A program made the position numbers and the translations under genes. Positions 29,174-38,218 of a stretch of 64,000 bases of DNA are shown piece after piece. The notes under the pieces are model-generated. The model was not told the origin of the DNA and searched no databases. It saw only the letters and a list, made by a program, of their open reading frames with translations. The stretch is from contig JAJDAW010000013.1 in NCBI GenBank assembly GCA_029261635.1, positions 263 to 64,262 on the forward strand, in the 5' to 3' direction. The DNA comes from Nitrospinaceae bacterium (lineage in GTDB: Bacteria; Nitrospinota; Nitrospinia; Nitrospinales; VA-1). The number at the start of each line of letters is the position of its first letter. Within the stretch, counting starts at the first letter, position 1.

Positions 29174-30361
29174 ATGAACGAAACCTCCACGATAGAAAAA
29201 GTAGACGAATTGAGTGAAATTGACGCTTCCGCTGTCTCTGCTATCCAACAGAATAACCCGAATCCTACAAGTGAGAATCCAGTAAAAAAGTGGATCAAGA
29301 AGATTCCCTTTTTCCCTGCTATGGATTATTTCCGTCGTAAGGTTTACGACTCACCTCTATTCGATGGATCGGTCCGCCCCCTGGCAAAAACGCTTGAAGA
29401 ATGGCCAGGTGCCTTGTTGATCGACATCACCAATCGTTGCAACGCGAAATGTGTTTGGTGCCCGAATCCGGACCTCACGAATGTGGGAGCGATGGATATG
29501 GATGTGTATCGCAAGATCATTGACGATTTTGGAACCCGTGGTGGTGTGCTGACGTTTGGAACGTTTGGTGAACCATTGATGGATAAGTTTATGCGGGAGC
29601 GTATTGAATATCTGAAGCGCTATCCCAAAATTCATAAGGTTGAGGTTCTCACTAATGGGTTCTTCCTCAACGATAAAATTGTTCCTACACTTCTTAAGCA
29701 TGGGGTCGGGGTAGACATCAGTCTCGATGAACTCGACAAGCAAACCTTTGAAGATGTAAAAAAAATGAGCTTCGATGTGGTGCGCGACAATATAGTGAAT
29801 TTTCTCGAAGAGAATAAAAAAGCAGCGCGACCTGTTCCGGTCAATATTCGTATTAAGACTCTGAGAACGGTGGAAGAAACCATGGAGCAGGAGTTATTTA
29901 AAATAATTTCCTCCCACGATTGTTCGGTGGTATTGAACTCCATCGATGACAATATTATTTCGAACTGGGCTGGAAAGCTTGATAAAGATTCTTTTGTCAA
30001 AGAATACGAAATCTCCACCAACAATAAAACGCGTTACACACACAAACGGTTCAATCAGACCAACGTTGCCCCCTGCACACAACTATGGAAATGGATGGTT
30101 GTTTATTGGGATGGTAGTGTAGTGCTTTGTTGTGCCGACATGTTTTCCCGCACCGTTGTCGGCGATCTAAAATCAAACTCTATCACTGAAGTCTGGAATG
30201 GACCTCAGCTAAAAAAATATCGCGAACAAATGGTGAGTCGGAAACGTTTTGACGTTGCCATCTGTCAGGATTGCGATATCCATTTAAGCTGGCATAACCT
30301 GAAAGAGTATTACGATTCCAGCGGCAAGTTTTTACCCGATAAAAAATTCATCATGGGCTAA
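29174..30361 (+). CDS. Radical SAM protein with SPASM/twitch-like C-terminal Cys motifs
   Basis: CNAKCVWC (CX3CX2C); C-terminal CTQLWKWMVVYWDGSVVLC (CX12GX4C) and CQDC; ~85-aa N-terminal extension. Confidence 0.8.
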   Translation: MNETSTIEKVDELSEIDASAVSAIQQNNPNPTSENPVKKWIKKIPFFPAMDYFRRKVYDSPLFDGSVRPLAKTLEEWPGALLIDITNRCNAKCVWCPNPDLTNVGAMDMDVYRKIIDDFGTRGGVLTFGTFGEPLMDKFMRERIEYLKRYPKIHKVEVLTNGFFLNDKIVPTLLKHGVGVDISLDELDKQTFEDVKKMSFDVVRDNIVNFLEENKKAARPVPVNIRIKTLRTVEETMEQELFKIISSHDCSVVLNSIDDNIISNWAGKLDKDSFVKEYEISTNNKTRYTHKRFNQTNVAPCTQLWKWMVVYWDGSVVLCCADMFSRTVVGDLKSNSITEVWNGPQLKKYREQMVSRKRFDVAICQDCDIHLSWHNLKEYYDSSGKFLPDKKFIMG

Positions 30362-30454
30362 CCGGCGAGCCGCCGGTGGCAATGGGGCAAGACTTTTATT
30401 AGAAAGTCATCACTCTTGCGCTTTTGGATGTAGATACCCCTCCTAAAATAAAAA

Positions 30455-31399
30455 ATGAATTCTCCTGTTTTTAAATTTCCCAAATCTGCAGAATTAGACA
30501 TGACTCTTGTTATCGTCAGTTTCAATACTCGCGATATTTTGTTGCGCTGTTTAGGATCGATTAAAAAGCACACACAGGAAATTTCTTATGAAGTAATTCT
30601 TATTGATAATGCCTCAGAAGATGGAACGGTGGAAGCTGTGGTCGAACTTTTCCCTGAAGTGAATGTGATTTCTAATAAAGATAATCGTGGTTTTTCTACT
30701 GCCAATAACCAGGGGTTTGTCGAATCACAAGGTCGAAGAGTCGCATTGCTGAATCCCGACACACTTTTAACTGAGAACAGTTTTAAAAAAATTATCGATT
30801 TTATGGAGGATCATCCCGAGTTTTCCATTCTTGGAACGGGTATCGTTGATGAGAACAGCCAACCTTGCCCCATCCGCTTATGGGAAGACACTCCGCAGGA
30901 TGCGGCATTGAAAATCATGGGACTATACAACCCTGCCAGCGAACTAAAAAAAATGGGCCCCATGATAGCAAAAGAAGCAAAAGTAATTTCAGGTTGTTGT
31001 TTTGTGGTTAGTCGAGACTTGATAGAATCCATCGGTTTGATGGATGAAAATTATTTTTTGTATAACGAGGAAGATGATCTTTGTCGTAGAGCCCGAAAAG
31101 GTGGGAAGAAGATCTGTTTCTACCCAGAAACCTCAGTACAACATTTACACGGTCAAAGCACGCATCAGGACCGCCACCGAAAAAAAGTGATGATGGAAGC
31201 TTATCGAAGTAACCTTTATTTTTACTCCAAACATTATTCCTGCGGATGGAACTTCATTTTAAGGTCTCTTTATAAAGTGACTTTCTTTGTAGGATTACTG
31301 CGTTCCACATTTCGTCACCTCACAGGTTCTGCCACAGCAGATGATTCCGTGTCATTAAAGCTAAAGCTTCTATTGATGAGTTCGGGAAAGGGTCGCTGA
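30455..31399 (+). CDS. Glycosyltransferase family 2
   Basis: LVIVSFNTRDILLRCLGSI...EVILIDNASEDGT, NEEDDLC (DXD-like). Confidence 0.85.
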   Translation: MNSPVFKFPKSAELDMTLVIVSFNTRDILLRCLGSIKKHTQEISYEVILIDNASEDGTVEAVVELFPEVNVISNKDNRGFSTANNQGFVESQGRRVALLNPDTLLTENSFKKIIDFMEDHPEFSILGTGIVDENSQPCPIRLWEDTPQDAALKIMGLYNPASELKKMGPMIAKEAKVISGCCFVVSRDLIESIGLMDENYFLYNEEDDLCRRARKGGKKICFYPETSVQHLHGQSTHQDRHRKKVMMEAYRSNLYFYSKHYSCGWNFILRSLYKVTFFVGLLRSTFRHLTGSATADDSVSLKLKLLLMSSGKGR

Positions 31400-31409
31400 C
31401 AAAACCTCT

Positions 31410-32216
31410 TTATTGCTTCTCACCTATAAACAAAAGATAGTTGCACGAGGCCCAGGGGAAAAACTTTCGCAGTACCGCTGCTAATCCTTCTGCAAGACTG
31501 TTTGTTCTGCCATTGGTATCCTTGTGAAAGCATTCGCACCCCAAATACAAATTGAAGCTGTGGCTCATCGGCTGTTCATGAATGATTTTGAACTTGGATG
31601 TCTCCAGGATGATGCGCATCTCATCCCTCCCATGCAATTTGAAATAGGTGAGGTGTTCTTCCTGGGGTTGAAGAGGCGGTTTGCCCATGAGTTTTCTTAC
31701 CAGACCATTCCTTCTTAGTTTATGTAGAAAGTTCTGTTCGTTATAGACGAATTGCGTTACCGGATTACTTGCTGGGACCATCATGAAAATCAACCCGCCG
31801 GGTTTTAAAACCCGATGGGCTTCAAAAATGGCATCTTGCGGTCCTTGCGGAAAATGCTCGACCACACCATAAGAAAGGTAAGCACCGAAAGTCGATTCAG
31901 GGAAAGGTAGCGCATGCACATCCGACTGTGCGATAACGAGATTAGGATCGTGTTTTTTGACCTGTTCGAGTGCGGAATAAATATAGTCGATTCCCAATAT
32001 TTGATAATTTTTGCTATCAAAGTGAATGAGTTTAGGGCCGAGTCCGCATCCCGCTTCCAGTATGAGGTCGTCTTTCGGAAGAAACTTTTCCAAACAGTCG
32101 AATTCTTCCTTTGTGCGCGGATACTGGTTGGTCTTTAAAAGAGCCTCAACCGAGGTTCCTTCCCACTCCTCTTCGAACTCGCGCTTAATATCTTTATTTA
32201 CTGCTTTCAGATCCAT
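31410..32216 (-). CDS. Class I SAM-dependent methyltransferase
   Basis: ILEAGCGLGP motif I, LKPGGLIFMMVP motif. Confidence 0.8.
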   Translation of the reverse strand: MDLKAVNKDIKREFEEEWEGTSVEALLKTNQYPRTKEEFDCLEKFLPKDDLILEAGCGLGPKLIHFDSKNYQILGIDYIYSALEQVKKHDPNLVIAQSDVHALPFPESTFGAYLSYGVVEHFPQGPQDAIFEAHRVLKPGGLIFMMVPASNPVTQFVYNEQNFLHKLRRNGLVRKLMGKPPLQPQEEHLTYFKLHGRDEMRIILETSKFKIIHEQPMSHSFNLYLGCECFHKDTNGRTNSLAEGLAAVLRKFFPWASCNYLLFIGEKQ

Positions 32217-32286
32217 TTATATGTTCACGGTTTGGTTTATTTTTTAAAAAACTAGAGTTTTACTGTAAGATAATGACTCAATTCTG

Positions 32287-34161
32287 ATGCAAGGTAACAT
32301 GAAAAGATACGATGTCATAGTTATAGGAGGCGGCCACGCAGGTTGTGAAGCGGCTTTAGCCTCAGCGAGAATGGGTTGCGCCACAGCGTTAGTCACCCTT
32401 GAAGCGGATAAGATTGCGCTTATGCCGTGCAACCCTGCCATTGGCGGGGTAGGTAAGGGACATATCGTGCGTGAGATCGATGCCCTCGGCGGTGAGATGG
32501 CCAAGGTTATTGATGAAACCGGCATCCAGTTTCGGCTATTAAATTCTTCAAAAGGGCCTGCTGTTCACGGCTACCGCGCACAGGCCGACAAACACCAATA
32601 CAAAAATGCCATGCGCCGGGTTCTCGAAAACACGGCCAATCTGGAACTTATCTATGAAGAAGTCGATGAACTGATTATAGATAACGCAGAGGTTAAAGGA
32701 ATTCGTACTGGCAGTGGAATGGAATTGCAATCTGCCACCATCGTCATCACCACAGGAACTTTTTTAAACGGACGCATCCATATCGGGCTCAACAGTCGTC
32801 CTGCAGGCCGGGTGGGTGAAAAACCATCTACAAAATTATCGCAATCGTTTCTCGCGGCAGGGTTCGAGCTCGGTCGCCTGAAAACAGGAACACCGCCGCG
32901 ACTGAAAAAGGATACCATCGACTTTTCCAAGTGCATTGTTCAAGATGGCGATGATATACCTCGTCCTTTTTCTTTTTCCACTTCTCATATAGATCGCAAG
33001 CAGGTGCCTTGCTATATCACTGCAACCAATGAAAAAACGGCAGAAGTGATTCGTAAGAATTTGAATCTGTCACCGCTATATAGCGGAATCATTGAAGGCG
33101 TCGGTCCGCGCTACTGTCCTTCTATTGAAGACAAGGTGGTCAAGTTTCCTGATAAAAATTCGCATAATATTTTCCTCGAGCCAGAAGGTCTGGACACCGA
33201 CTGGATTTATCCTAATGGTATTTCCACCAGCATGGATGAAGAGGTGCAGCGACAACTGGTTCATACGATTCCTGGATTAGAAAATGCCGAGATTGTTCTC
33301 CCCGGTTACGCAGTGGAATACGATTTTGTTCCGCCGACACAGCTAACGCCTTCTCTCGAAACGAAACGGGTGAGCGGATTATTCCACGCAGGCCAAATCA
33401 ACGGAACCTCGGGCTATGAAGAGGCGGCTTGTCAGGGGTTGATGGCAGGTATCAACGCTGCTCTCAAATCACAAAAACGCAAACCGTTTCTGCTGACAAG
33501 AATGGATAGTTATATTGGTGTGCTCATTGATGATCTTGTTACCAAAGGCACGCAAGAACCTTATCGCATGTTTACTTCCAGAGCCGAATACCGATTGATT
33601 CTAAGACAGGACAACGCCGACCAAAGGTTGATGGGAAAAGGCCATGAACTCGGGCTGGTAAGCGAAAATCTTTATAGCCACTGTATGGAAAAATACAATG
33701 CTGTGGATCGTGAGATTCAAAGGCTGGAATCAACAACGGTGGTGCCCAATCCCGATACGCTAACGCGGCTGTCCAAACTGGGTATTAATGAGTTACGTAA
33801 CGCAACGACCTTGAATGTTTTATTGCGGCGACCCGAAGTAACACATGATGGGCTGCTTCGTGCATTCGAAGGCGAAGAAGTTCCACCATTGGTCGGCGAG
33901 CAGGTAGAGATTCGCGTTAAGTACGAAGGGTTCATTGCTCGCCAGAATCAACTGGTGGAAAAACAAAAACAGTTAGAGCATTACCGCATCCCGGAAGATT
34001 TTCAGTACGAAGGAGTACCCGGTCTTTCGCATGAAGTAGCACAAAAGCTGGAAGAAATCCGTCCCGTCACACTTGGGCAAGCGGCGCGTATATCTGGCAT
34101 CACGCCTTCTGCCGTCAGCCTGATAATGCTGTTGCTCGAAAAAAGTCGCGTTTCTTCCTGA
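32287..34161 (+). CDS. mnmG: tRNA uridine 5-carboxymethylaminomethyl modification enzyme
   Basis: [23 protein letters not shown]; full-length GidA/MnmG pattern; ATG 32299 is an alternative start. Confidence 0.95.
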   Translation: MQGNMKRYDVIVIGGGHAGCEAALASARMGCATALVTLEADKIALMPCNPAIGGVGKGHIVREIDALGGEMAKVIDETGIQFRLLNSSKGPAVHGYRAQADKHQYKNAMRRVLENTANLELIYEEVDELIIDNAEVKGIRTGSGMELQSATIVITTGTFLNGRIHIGLNSRPAGRVGEKPSTKLSQSFLAAGFELGRLKTGTPPRLKKDTIDFSKCIVQDGDDIPRPFSFSTSHIDRKQVPCYITATNEKTAEVIRKNLNLSPLYSGIIEGVGPRYCPSIEDKVVKFPDKNSHNIFLEPEGLDTDWIYPNGISTSMDEEVQRQLVHTIPGLENAEIVLPGYAVEYDFVPPTQLTPSLETKRVSGLFHAGQINGTSGYEEAACQGLMAGINAALKSQKRKPFLLTRMDSYIGVLIDDLVTKGTQEPYRMFTSRAEYRLILRQDNADQRLMGKGHELGLVSENLYSHCMEKYNAVDREIQRLESTTVVPNPDTLTRLSKLGINELRNATTLNVLLRRPEVTHDGLLRAFEGEEVPPLVGEQVEIRVKYEGFIARQNQLVEKQKQLEHYRIPEDFQYEGVPGLSHEVAQKLEEIRPVTLGQAARISGITPSAVSLIMLLLEKSRVSS

Positions 34162-34171
34162 ATAAAATTTT

Positions 34172-34402
34172 ATGCACAACGATTCCATTCAATGGCAAAT
34201 AGAAGTTGATAAAAAAGACATCGCCTACATCGTCAGCATCTTTGAAGGCTACGATCATTTAGCGGTGGTGCGAACCATAGACCCCGCACGTGGCCTCATC
34301 GAACTGATGATATCCCCCGACTTTTTAGAAGACACCCGTAAACTCTCCGAAGCCCTGGCCAAAGAAATCCCCTTCCGCCGGGTTAGCACCCGGGAGCAAT
34401 AG
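34172..34402 (+). CDS. DUF4911-like small protein
   Basis: 76 aa, IAYIVSIFEGYDHLAVVRTIDPARGLIEL pattern; stop codon lies in REP-like core GAGCAATAGGCCCGAGC. Confidence 0.55.
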   Translation: MHNDSIQWQIEVDKKDIAYIVSIFEGYDHLAVVRTIDPARGLIELMISPDFLEDTRKLSEALAKEIPFRRVSTREQ

Positions 34403-34490
34403 GCCCGAGCTTCATTTCCGAAATACAGCTCCAGGCATGTGAACAAGAAATTTACATGCTCCTTTGTTATGTGGACGGCAATATTAGTAA

Positions 34491-34568
34491 ACTATAGTAA
34501 AAGGCCCAACGACCTATTTTAGCTTTACGGGAATAGACCTATCCCCCGCGGCGGTTCGCCGCTAGAAG
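34491..34568 (-). repeat. REP/MITE-like element, long form
   Basis: ACTATAGTAAAAGGCC...AGACCTATCCCCC + GCGGCG-GTT-CGCCGC hairpin abutting the apt stop. Confidence 0.6.
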
Positions 34569-35083
34569 TGGATTAGGGAGTGGATGGGGGTGTCTTTGAG
34601 TTTTTCGCGTCCGTTCAGGAAATCCAGTTCGATTAGAAAAGCGGTCTCAACAATTTCAACATTTTTAAAATTGTTACGTATCAGGTTCAAAGTTGCCGCA
34701 AGAGTTCCACCGGTGGCGAGAACGTCATCGATGAGGACAATACGTTCCCCTGGCTGAAAAGCATCTTGATGAATTTCGATCGTATCTGTTCCGTATTCTA
34801 GAGAGTAGGTTTCCTGATACGTTTTATAAGGTAGTTTTCCTGGTTTGCGAACCAGGGTTGTGCCTGCCTCGAGCGCATAAGCCAAGGCTGATGCGAAGAT
34901 GAATCCCCGCGCTTCTACTCCGACCACCGTGTCGATCTGCTTATCTGCATACCTTTCTTTTAACGTGTTGATGGTTTTCCCAAATGCAGATGCATCTGCA
35001 AGTAGCGGAGTGATATCTTTAAAAATAATTCCTTCTTTGGGGAAGTCAGGAATATCGCGGATGATTTGTTTAACAGATTCCAT
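34562..35083 (-). CDS. apt: Adenine phosphoribosyltransferase
   Basis: IRDIPDFPKEGIIFKDITPLL and VLIDDVLATGGT motifs. Confidence 0.95.
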   Translation of the reverse strand: MESVKQIIRDIPDFPKEGIIFKDITPLLADASAFGKTINTLKERYADKQIDTVVGVEARGFIFASALAYALEAGTTLVRKPGKLPYKTYQETYSLEYGTDTIEIHQDAFQPGERIVLIDDVLATGGTLAATLNLIRNNFKNVEIVETAFLIELDFLNGREKLKDTPIHSLIHF

Positions 35084-35150
35084 GGTTGTGCCTTTCTTGT
35101 GATGATCGAATGTTTTTAGTTTTTAACAAATATGTGCAGAATTAGAAAAT

Positions 35151-35870
35151 TTATCTTCTCATAGGTAAATATTTTATGGGGTTTTTAGGTTCCGTATCGT
35201 TTCTTACTTCGAAATGAAGATGCGGTCCGGAGGAGCGTCCCGTGCTTCCCATTAGAGAAATTTTTTGTCCCTGTTTCACGCGGGTGCCTTTCTTTACCAA
35301 TATTTTTGAGTTGTGTGCATAAACGGTTGTAAGGTGGTGCTGGTGTTTTATGATAACCATTTTTCCATACCCCGTTGGCCCCCAACCGCTAAAAACCACT
35401 TCACCGGCAGCGGCAGAGTATATGGGTGTTCCTTTCGGTGCGGCGATATCAATGCCCTCGTGCTTACGTCCGTTTCGTTTGCCAAAACTTGAAGTGAGTG
35501 TGCCCTTTGTAGGCCAGACAAGGATTCCTCTACGAGGTTTGACCGTGGGCGATTTTTTCTTTTTCGCAGTGCGTGAAGGAGACTTTGAAGAAGAGGTTTT
35601 AGGAACAGTGCGCACACGACTTGCACCGGGTATCCATAACTGCATTCCCTCTTTAATTTTTGATGCATCCCTTATAAAGTTTGCGCGGCGTAAAACTTCC
35701 AGGTCAATATCATAAGCCTGGGCGATGCGATACAAAGTCTGGCCTTTTTGTACCGTGTGGTGAATGCCGAATTGTTTGTCGGGCCATGGGTCGAACTTGA
35801 ACCCCTGACAAGCCGTCAAAAATAAAAAGGCTATAAAAAACAAGAATTTGAAATTATTATGGAAGGGCAT
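35151..35870 (-). CDS. LysM + M23 peptidase lipoprotein (NlpD-like)
   Basis: Lipobox LTAC, LysM HTVQKGQTLYRIAQAY, M23 HEGIDIAAPKGTPIYSAAAGEV and GPHLHFEVR. Confidence 0.85.
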   Translation of the reverse strand: MPFHNNFKFLFFIAFLFLTACQGFKFDPWPDKQFGIHHTVQKGQTLYRIAQAYDIDLEVLRRANFIRDASKIKEGMQLWIPGASRVRTVPKTSSSKSPSRTAKKKKSPTVKPRRGILVWPTKGTLTSSFGKRNGRKHEGIDIAAPKGTPIYSAAAGEVVFSGWGPTGYGKMVIIKHQHHLTTVYAHNSKILVKKGTRVKQGQKISLMGSTGRSSGPHLHFEVRNDTEPKNPIKYLPMRR

Positions 35871-35998
35871 ATTTCGAGGCGAAGTGAGATATAACTTATT
35901 GAAAAGTATATCATTTTTTCAAATTCGTTTACAAGTTCCGAGGCATCCTGTATAACCGAAAAATCGTTTTAAACTTGTTTTCAATTGAGACACGGGTG

Positions 35999-37126
35999 AT
36001 GAATTTCTATAAATCGTTTTCCATTCTTTTAGCAACGGCAATGTTGTTTGGCTGTGGGCCAAGCGAACCCGCGCCGGATATTTTTGCCCTGCCTGTTTCT
36101 TATATGGTTGGCAAAAAACCGGAAGTGGTTGTTGCCCACGATATGAATAATGACGAGTTCCCCGATATCATCGTTGTGAATTCTGCGGATCGTACTTTGA
36201 GTTATTTCGAAGGTCTGGGAGACGGAACATTTAAAGACGGGCAGATTATTGAAACCGGTCGCGAGCCTTTTGCGGTTGAAGTAGCAGATTATAATGGGGA
36301 CTACATTGCCGATATCGCATTATGTAATTATGGCGATGGTGAAGTTTCTATCATACTCGGACAAAAGGACGGACTGTTCAAACTAAAGACCAATGTGAAG
36401 GTCGGGCGTTTGCCAATTGCAATAACATCGGGCGATTTTAACAACGATGAAATAAAGGACCTCGCAGTGACACTGCGCTTCAACAAAATGATCATTCTCC
36501 TGGGTGTTGGGGATGGCACGTTCAAAGTAGCCGAAGCCTATCAGGCGGCGCCCACTCCCGCCCATATGATGGTTAGCGATTATAACGGAGATGGCAATCA
36601 AGATATCGCCATGGTCCTCAACGCAGTGAAGGTGCGATTTTTAAAAATGTTCTATGGCAATGGCGATGGCACTTTCGCACCGCCTAAGTTGGTCGAGGGG
36701 GGAAGTCAATCCTCTTTCCTCACACACCACGATATGAATTTGGATGGACACCTTGACCTGTTGACATCAAGTCCGATGAAAGACAGTCTCAGCATTTTTA
36801 TGGGGAACGGAAAAGGCGACTTCACCAAAATGCAAGATTTTGCTGGAGAGAAAGGTCCGCATAATATTGTCGTAGGCGACTTTACGGGTGATAAGGTTCC
36901 CGATATTGTTGTCTGCAATCGGCGCGGCGGGTCTATTTCCATCATCCCCGGCAACGGCGATGGAACTTTTGTTTACCCGCATTACAACTATGTGGTTGGC
37001 TCACAACCCCGGTCTATTGCCGGTGCCGACTTTAATCGCGATGGTATGATGGATATCGCCGTGGTGCTCTACCAGAAAAAAATCCTCGAAGTCTTCCTAA
37101 GAAAAGCCACCGCCCCACCCCTTTAG
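35999..37126 (+). CDS. FG-GAP/VCBS repeat lipoprotein
   Basis: Lipobox LFGCG; repeated DxNxDGxxDI calcium-loop units (DYNGDGNQDIA, DMNLDGHLDLL, DFNRDGMMDIAV). Confidence 0.8.
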   Translation: MNFYKSFSILLATAMLFGCGPSEPAPDIFALPVSYMVGKKPEVVVAHDMNNDEFPDIIVVNSADRTLSYFEGLGDGTFKDGQIIETGREPFAVEVADYNGDYIADIALCNYGDGEVSIILGQKDGLFKLKTNVKVGRLPIAITSGDFNNDEIKDLAVTLRFNKMIILLGVGDGTFKVAEAYQAAPTPAHMMVSDYNGDGNQDIAMVLNAVKVRFLKMFYGNGDGTFAPPKLVEGGSQSSFLTHHDMNLDGHLDLLTSSPMKDSLSIFMGNGKGDFTKMQDFAGEKGPHNIVVGDFTGDKVPDIVVCNRRGGSISIIPGNGDGTFVYPHYNYVVGSQPRSIAGADFNRDGMMDIAVVLYQKKILEVFLRKATAPPL

Positions 37127-37150
37127 CAAGGGGAGGCAATAGGTCGAGGC
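37117..37150 (+). repeat. REP-like element, short form
   Basis: CCCCTT-TAGC-AAGGGG hairpin (contains FG-GAP stop) + GGCAATAGGTCGAGGC. Confidence 0.6.
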
Positions 37151-37210
37151 TCCACTCCTCCGCGGAGGGCGAGCTAAAACTTATTATCTTCAGTTCTTAT
37201 AAAGTAAAGA

Positions 37211-37247
37211 GGGCATAGGTCGAGGCGCTCCCTCTTTTTAAAGAGGG
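37211..37247 (+). repeat. REP-like element, short form
   Basis: GGGCATAGGTCGAGGC followed by CCCTCTTTTTAAAGAGGG hairpin. Confidence 0.5.
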
Positions 37248-37440
37248 CTGGGGTGATTTACCTTCAGGAATGTCATCCTGCGTTATATTCCTTTGCGCCC
37301 AGCAAAGATAAGGCCCCCGAAAAACCTCACTTTTAACCCTTCTTTTCCCTGTTTCAATACATTAAAATTGTAAAGATGTTGTCCGAAAGAAGTGCAACCA
37401 CGAGACCAAAATAAAAACACACACAGGGACTAAGACGAAA

Positions 37441-37602
37441 ATGTCAAAAGAATATAAAAGGATCAATAGTGACAAGCATAAGTCTATAGGACAGAAAGAA
37501 GTAGAGCAGATGAACGGCACACGCGAGATGTCAACCGAAGAACGACAACAAAGCAGAAGAAAGAAAAAAAGAGTGGGTGGCGACGCCTTGCGACACAGAT
37601 AG
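37441..37602 (+). CDS. Small highly charged protein (53 aa), tandem paralog 1
   Basis: Hand translation MSKEYKRINSDKHKSIGQKEVEQMNGTREMSTEERQQSRRKKKRVGGDALRHR; homologous to 37668..37856. Confidence 0.4.
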   Translation: MSKEYKRINSDKHKSIGQKEVEQMNGTREMSTEERQQSRRKKKRVGGDALRHR

Positions 37603-37667
37603 GCATATAATCTAAACAAATTTCCTACGAGAGATCAAAAACAAAAACACACGAGGCAAGGACGAAA

Positions 37668-37856
37668 ATGGCAAAAGAATATTTACAGACACATAGTGAC
37701 AATGGCGATAAAAGAAGAGGAAAGACTTTAGGGCAGAAACAGGTAGAGCAAATGATGGGCACACGCAAGATGTCAGACGAAGAGCGAAAACAAAGCAGAA
37801 AAAAGAACAAAAAGGAGATGAAAGGGCCAGACGATACTCACAGGAACAGAACCTAA
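37668..37856 (+). CDS. Small highly charged protein (62 aa), tandem paralog 2
   Basis: MAKEYLQTHSDNGDKRRGKTLGQKQVEQMMGTRKMSDEERKQSRKKNKKEMKG...; differs from paralog 1 by an in-frame 15-nt indel; AAGGA 5 nt upstream. Confidence 0.45.
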   Translation: MAKEYLQTHSDNGDKRRGKTLGQKQVEQMMGTRKMSDEERKQSRKKNKKEMKGPDDTHRNRT

Positions 37857-37993
37857 ACAAATGTCCTAATGGTTGGCTGTTTATACGCACTCGAATGTGT
37901 GAAGGTTCATCACTTATCGCCACCCGTTCCTAACGTACTGCCCGATGCTTCAAGCATCCGCTTACGTTCAAGAAGCTCCTTATATTATCCTCC

Positions 37994-38088
37994 ATTGCCG
38001 GTGCCGATTTTAATGGCGATGGCATGATGGATATCGCCCTCTACCAGAAAAAAACCTCGAAGTCTTTCTAAGAAAAGCCACCGCCCCA
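37994..38088 (+). pseudogene. Decayed duplicate of the 3' end of the FG-GAP gene
   Basis: Aligns to 37016-37117 with 4 substitutions, a 6-bp deletion and a 1-bp deletion that breaks the frame (IAGADFNGDGMMDIALYQKKTSKSF*). Confidence 0.8.
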
Positions 38089-38218
38089 AAGATGGATCTA
38101 TAGCCATATACCTGCAAAGGTAAGGCCCTCGAATAACCCCACTATTAACGCTTCTTTTCCCTATTTCAATACAATAAAATCCGAAAGTGCAAATCAGGGC
38201 CACCTTGTAGTCAAGGAA

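Larger units (their letters stand above)
37401..37872 (+). repeat. Tandem duplication, two ~227-bp purine-rich units each carrying a small ORF
   Basis: Unit starts CGAGACCAAAATAAAAACACACACAGGGACTAAGACGAAAATG (37401) and CGAGAGATCAAAAACAAAAACACACGAGGCAAGGACGAAAATG (37628); unit ends TCTAAACAAATTTCCTA / CCTAAACAAATGTCCTA. Confidence 0.8.

Noticed and set aside
37401-37872. Possible CRISPR or other short-period repeat array
   Set aside because: There are only two copies with a ~227-bp period and they are diverged throughout. There is no short direct repeat/spacer organisation and no cas genes. I saw no CRISPR-like array anywhere in the window.
37362-37923. Long minus-strand ORFs (85, 103 and 61 aa) across the tandem repeat region, rich in Cys, Phe and Leu
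   Set aside because: They are the antisense reading of a strongly purine-rich plus strand. They give pyrimidine-codon low-complexity peptides, and the two repeat copies do not share a conserved frame. The plus-strand small ORFs explain the conservation better.
37985-38203. 72-aa minus-strand ORF
   Set aside because: It runs antisense through the decayed duplicate of the FG-GAP gene 3' end and the duplicated spacer. The region is better explained as a pseudogene fragment.
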